Of a stretch of DNA of 64,000 nt, positions 60,906 to 64,000 are shown piece after piece. Under the pieces are notes generated by a model, which was not told the origin of the DNA, ran no database searches, and saw nothing but the letters and a program-made list of their open reading frames with translations. How positions within the stretch are numbered: position 1 is the stretch's first letter; every line of letters begins with the position of its first letter. Source of the stretch: Heptranchias perlo (lineage: Eukaryota); the NCBI RefSeq assembly GCF_035084215.1, contig NC_090336.1, forward strand, positions 56,482,001 through 56,546,000, written 5' to 3'. The position numbers and the translations under genes are program-made.

Positions 60906-61879
60906 TCTGACCCTATCTTCCGAACTATTAGCTGTCCCGTTGTATCTGTGTCAGCTCCCAACCTTTTCCTTTGCACAGTCAGCACAAAAGGAAATAAACC
61001 TTTGCACAATAAATATGTTTGCAAGCAAGTTTATTACCAACATCACAAAATGAAACTGCTGAATAATAAAAGAAAAGTGACCCAGAAGCTGCAGTTGAGC
61101 AGGATAAATTATTGCTCCGATGCTATCCGTAGCACCTATCAGGTGTTGGTACTTGTTAGGGTGACTAATAGCAGTGCTGGAAGTATTCTCCACTTTCTAC
61201 TATCAAGTAGATAGTTTCGAGAATTGGCTTGTTTTTCTGCTATAGTGCCCCAAATACAATTGATGGCAGTTAAGTGGGACATGATTAATAGGAACAGTCA
61301 TTTAATAGGGGAACACTTTCCCCAAGCACCAATTGATTCCCAATGTACTTAAAATCAGTCCTGGTGGTTTTGCTTAATGGGGACAATTTGATAAATGAGG
61401 ATTTCGTTTCTGCTAGTGTATAAAAATTAATAAGCTTTAGCTGTTCATTTAGAGCTAGAATAATCCATTGAGCCTGACTCTTATCTGCTTTTTTTGGGTC
61501 GACACACACTTTGGTTTATATTTGCATCGTAACCTCATTGCAACAAGTCACTGCAGTCCCAAAGTATCCAATTCAAATTAAATCACATTAACTTGTTTCA
61601 TATATGACAACCTGCATTTACATAGCACCTCCACCATCGGGAAATGTCCCATGGTGTTTTGAAAGTCGGAAATTAGACATCAAATGGGAGTTGGGAGAAG
61701 AGGTAGGAGAGGTAACCAAAGCTACAGTTAAACAGCAATAAGGTGTTCCACATTTTTTACATAGAATTAAATAGAATGTCCAGCATGGAAACAGACCATC
61801 TGGCCCAACTGGTCTATGCTGGTGGTTATGCTCCACACAAGCCTCCTCCCACCCTTCTTCATTTGATCAGTGAGAGATG

Positions 61880-62628
61880 AATCAGAATATTTTCTGAATT
61901 GTCAGAGACTAAGAGCTGTGGAGGAGCAAAGGGATTTAGATGTCCATGTACACAAATCACTAAAAGCTGCTGCACAGGTACAAAAAGCAACCAAAAAGAC
62001 TAATGGAACGTTGGCCTTTAACTCAAGGACTGCAAAATTGAGGAAGTGATACTTCAGTTGTACAGAGCCTTGGTCAGACCCCATTTAGAATACTGCATTC
62101 AGTCCTGGACACCAACCCTCAGGAAGGATGTATTGGCCTCAAAGAGGATGCAGCGCAGATTCACCAGAATTATACCGGGGCTTAAAGGGTTAAATTTCGA
62201 GGCCAGTTGTATAAACTTTGTTTGTATTCCCATGAGTTTGTACGGTTGAGGGGTGATGTAATCAAGGCCTTTAAAATGATAAAGCAATTCAATAGGTTTG
62301 ATTCAGAGAAACGATTGCCTCTGGCAGGGGAATCCAGAACAAGAGGGCATAATCTTAAAATTAGAACTAAGGCATTCAGGGGTGAAACCAGGAAGTACCT
62401 TTTTCACCACAAACGGTAGTACAAATCCGGAACTCTCTGCCCCAAAGGGCTGTGGATGCTGAGTCAATTGAAATTTTCAAGACTGAGATTGATAGATTTT
62501 AATTAAGTAAGAGTTGCAAGGGTTTTGGAGCAACGGCAGGTAAATGGAGTTGAGGTACAGATCAGCCATGATCTAAAGAATGGTGGAACAGGATCGAGGG
62601 GCTGAATGGCCGACTCCTGTTCCCATGG
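61880..62628 (+). mobile_element. Degenerate CR1 3' fragment
   Basis: LQLYRALVRPHLEYCIQ motif and CR1 3' UTR. Confidence 0.87.
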
Positions 62629-62744
62629 TCAACTTCACAGAAAATACTAAACTGAGAGGTAAGAGACAGTCAAATGTCATGGGGCACTAAGACTTAAAAA
62701 ATGATAGATAAAATTTGTAAGTGGGGAAGGGGGAGGACTACTGA

Positions 62745-63150
62745 CAACAACAACAACTTGCATTTATATAGCGCCTTTAACATAGTAAAATATCCCAAGG
62801 CATTTCACAGGAGCAATTATCGAACAAAATTTGACACCGAACCACATAAGGAGATATTAGGATTGGTGACCAAAAGCTTGGTCAAAGAGGTAGGTTTTAA
62901 GGAGCATCTTAAAGGAAGGGAGAGAGGTAAAAAGGCAGAGAGGCTTAGGGAGGGAATTCCAGAGGTTAGGGCCTAGGCAGCTGAAGGCACGGCCGCCAAT
63001 GGTGGAGCGATTTAAAATCGAGAATGCGCAAGGAGCAAGAATTAGAGGAGTGCAGAGATCTCGGAGGGTTGTAGGGCTGGAGGAGGTTACAGAGATAGGG
63101 AGGGTCGAGGCCATGGAGGGATTTGGAAACAAGGATGAGAATTTCAAAAT
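62745..63150 (-). mobile_element. L2 LINE 3' end
   Basis: GGRAFSCLGPNLWNSLP...FKMLLKTYLF; tail gcgctatataaatgcaag(ttg)n. Confidence 0.88.
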
Positions 63151-63324
63151 CTAGACGTTCCCTATGTTTCTATCTTCCTATAAATAGCTAAGTTTTGAAG
63201 AGGCTTTTGAAGATGGGGAGAGATATAGTCACATGAAAGGGAAAGTCATTCCAGAGGGTAAAATGTGATGGCTGAAGGCTCGGCCATGTATGGTGCACTG
63301 GTGGGAGAGAAGGAGGAGAATTTA

Positions 63325-63520
63325 ATTTTTTAATATTTTCATCCTTGTTTTCAAATCCCTCCATGGCCTCGCCCCTCCCTATCTCTGTAACCTCCTCCAG
63401 CCCTACAACCCTCCTAGATCTCTGCGCTCCTCCAATTCTGGCCTCTTGCACATCCCCGATTTTCTTGGGATGTTTTACTATGTTAAAAGGTGCAATATAA
63501 ATGCAAGTTGTTGTTGTTGA
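63325..63520 (+). mobile_element. L2 LINE 3' end with internal deletion
   Basis: Reverse complement of about 63012-63145 plus (ttg)n tail. Confidence 0.85.
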
Positions 63521-63599
63521 ATAAAGCAGAAAAGCAGAGAGTGTGAGCTTGGGAATAAGACTGGAGAAGGTTGCAGAGGTAATGTGGGGAAATATTATG

Positions 63600-64000
63600 A
63601 AGGGGTTTTTAAACAAAGCCAAGGAGTTTTAAAATCCTGCGAGAGTTGGTGAGGACAAGGGTGATCGGTGAGTGGGACTTAATACAGGATACGACGCGGG
63701 CATTCTGGATAAGTTGGAATTTGTGTAGAATGGAGCTCGGGAGACAGATAAAGAGAATGTTGGAGAAGTCGAGCCTGGAGGTAACGAAGGAGCAGATGAA
63801 GGTAGTGATGGTATGGATAGAGATATACAATATTATAGAGATCAAAATGGTTACTTTTGATATTACTTTAATTATGAGCCATGAAAGGGCAGAAGAATGG
63901 ACGTGGACCCCAGAGAAAAGATGGTACAGGAGAATGTAATGGTCATCCGTATCGAAGGTCGCAGGGAGATCGAGGAGGACATAACAACAACAACTTGCAT
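63600..64000 (-). mobile_element. Older L2 fragment, plus another L2 tail at the window end
   Basis: FVTSRLDFSN...LPSSILHKFQLIQN motif; aacaacaacttgcat at the end. Confidence 0.7.

Overview
Eukaryotic, repeat-dense vertebrate genomic DNA. The repeat content (CR1, L2 and Tx1 LINEs, Deu-domain tRNA SINEs, Penelope-like elements, Harbinger/hAT/pogo DNA elements) looks like a cartilaginous fish (shark); the species cannot be fixed from sequence alone. The only recognisable host coding sequence is the first coding exon of SHANK2 on the minus strand (9092-8889). The rest of the window appears to be its 5' introns/upstream region plus part of the next intron, with candidate non-coding 5' exons and alternative promoters near 58.3, 49.5 and 38.2 kb. 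Most interesting signals: (1) a coronavirus-type U_UUA_AAC slippery heptamer plus stop plus G-rich tract at the ORF1/ORF2 junction of three divergent CR1 copies, suggesting programmed -1 frameshifting, with one young copy fused in-frame through a G9 run; (2) minimal hammerhead-ribozyme motifs in Penelope-like palindromes; (3) a perfect 29-bp fold-back duplication of target DNA at a CR1 5' junction. Family assignments come from motif recognition, not database searches, and repeat boundaries are approximate unless TSDs/TIRs are quoted.
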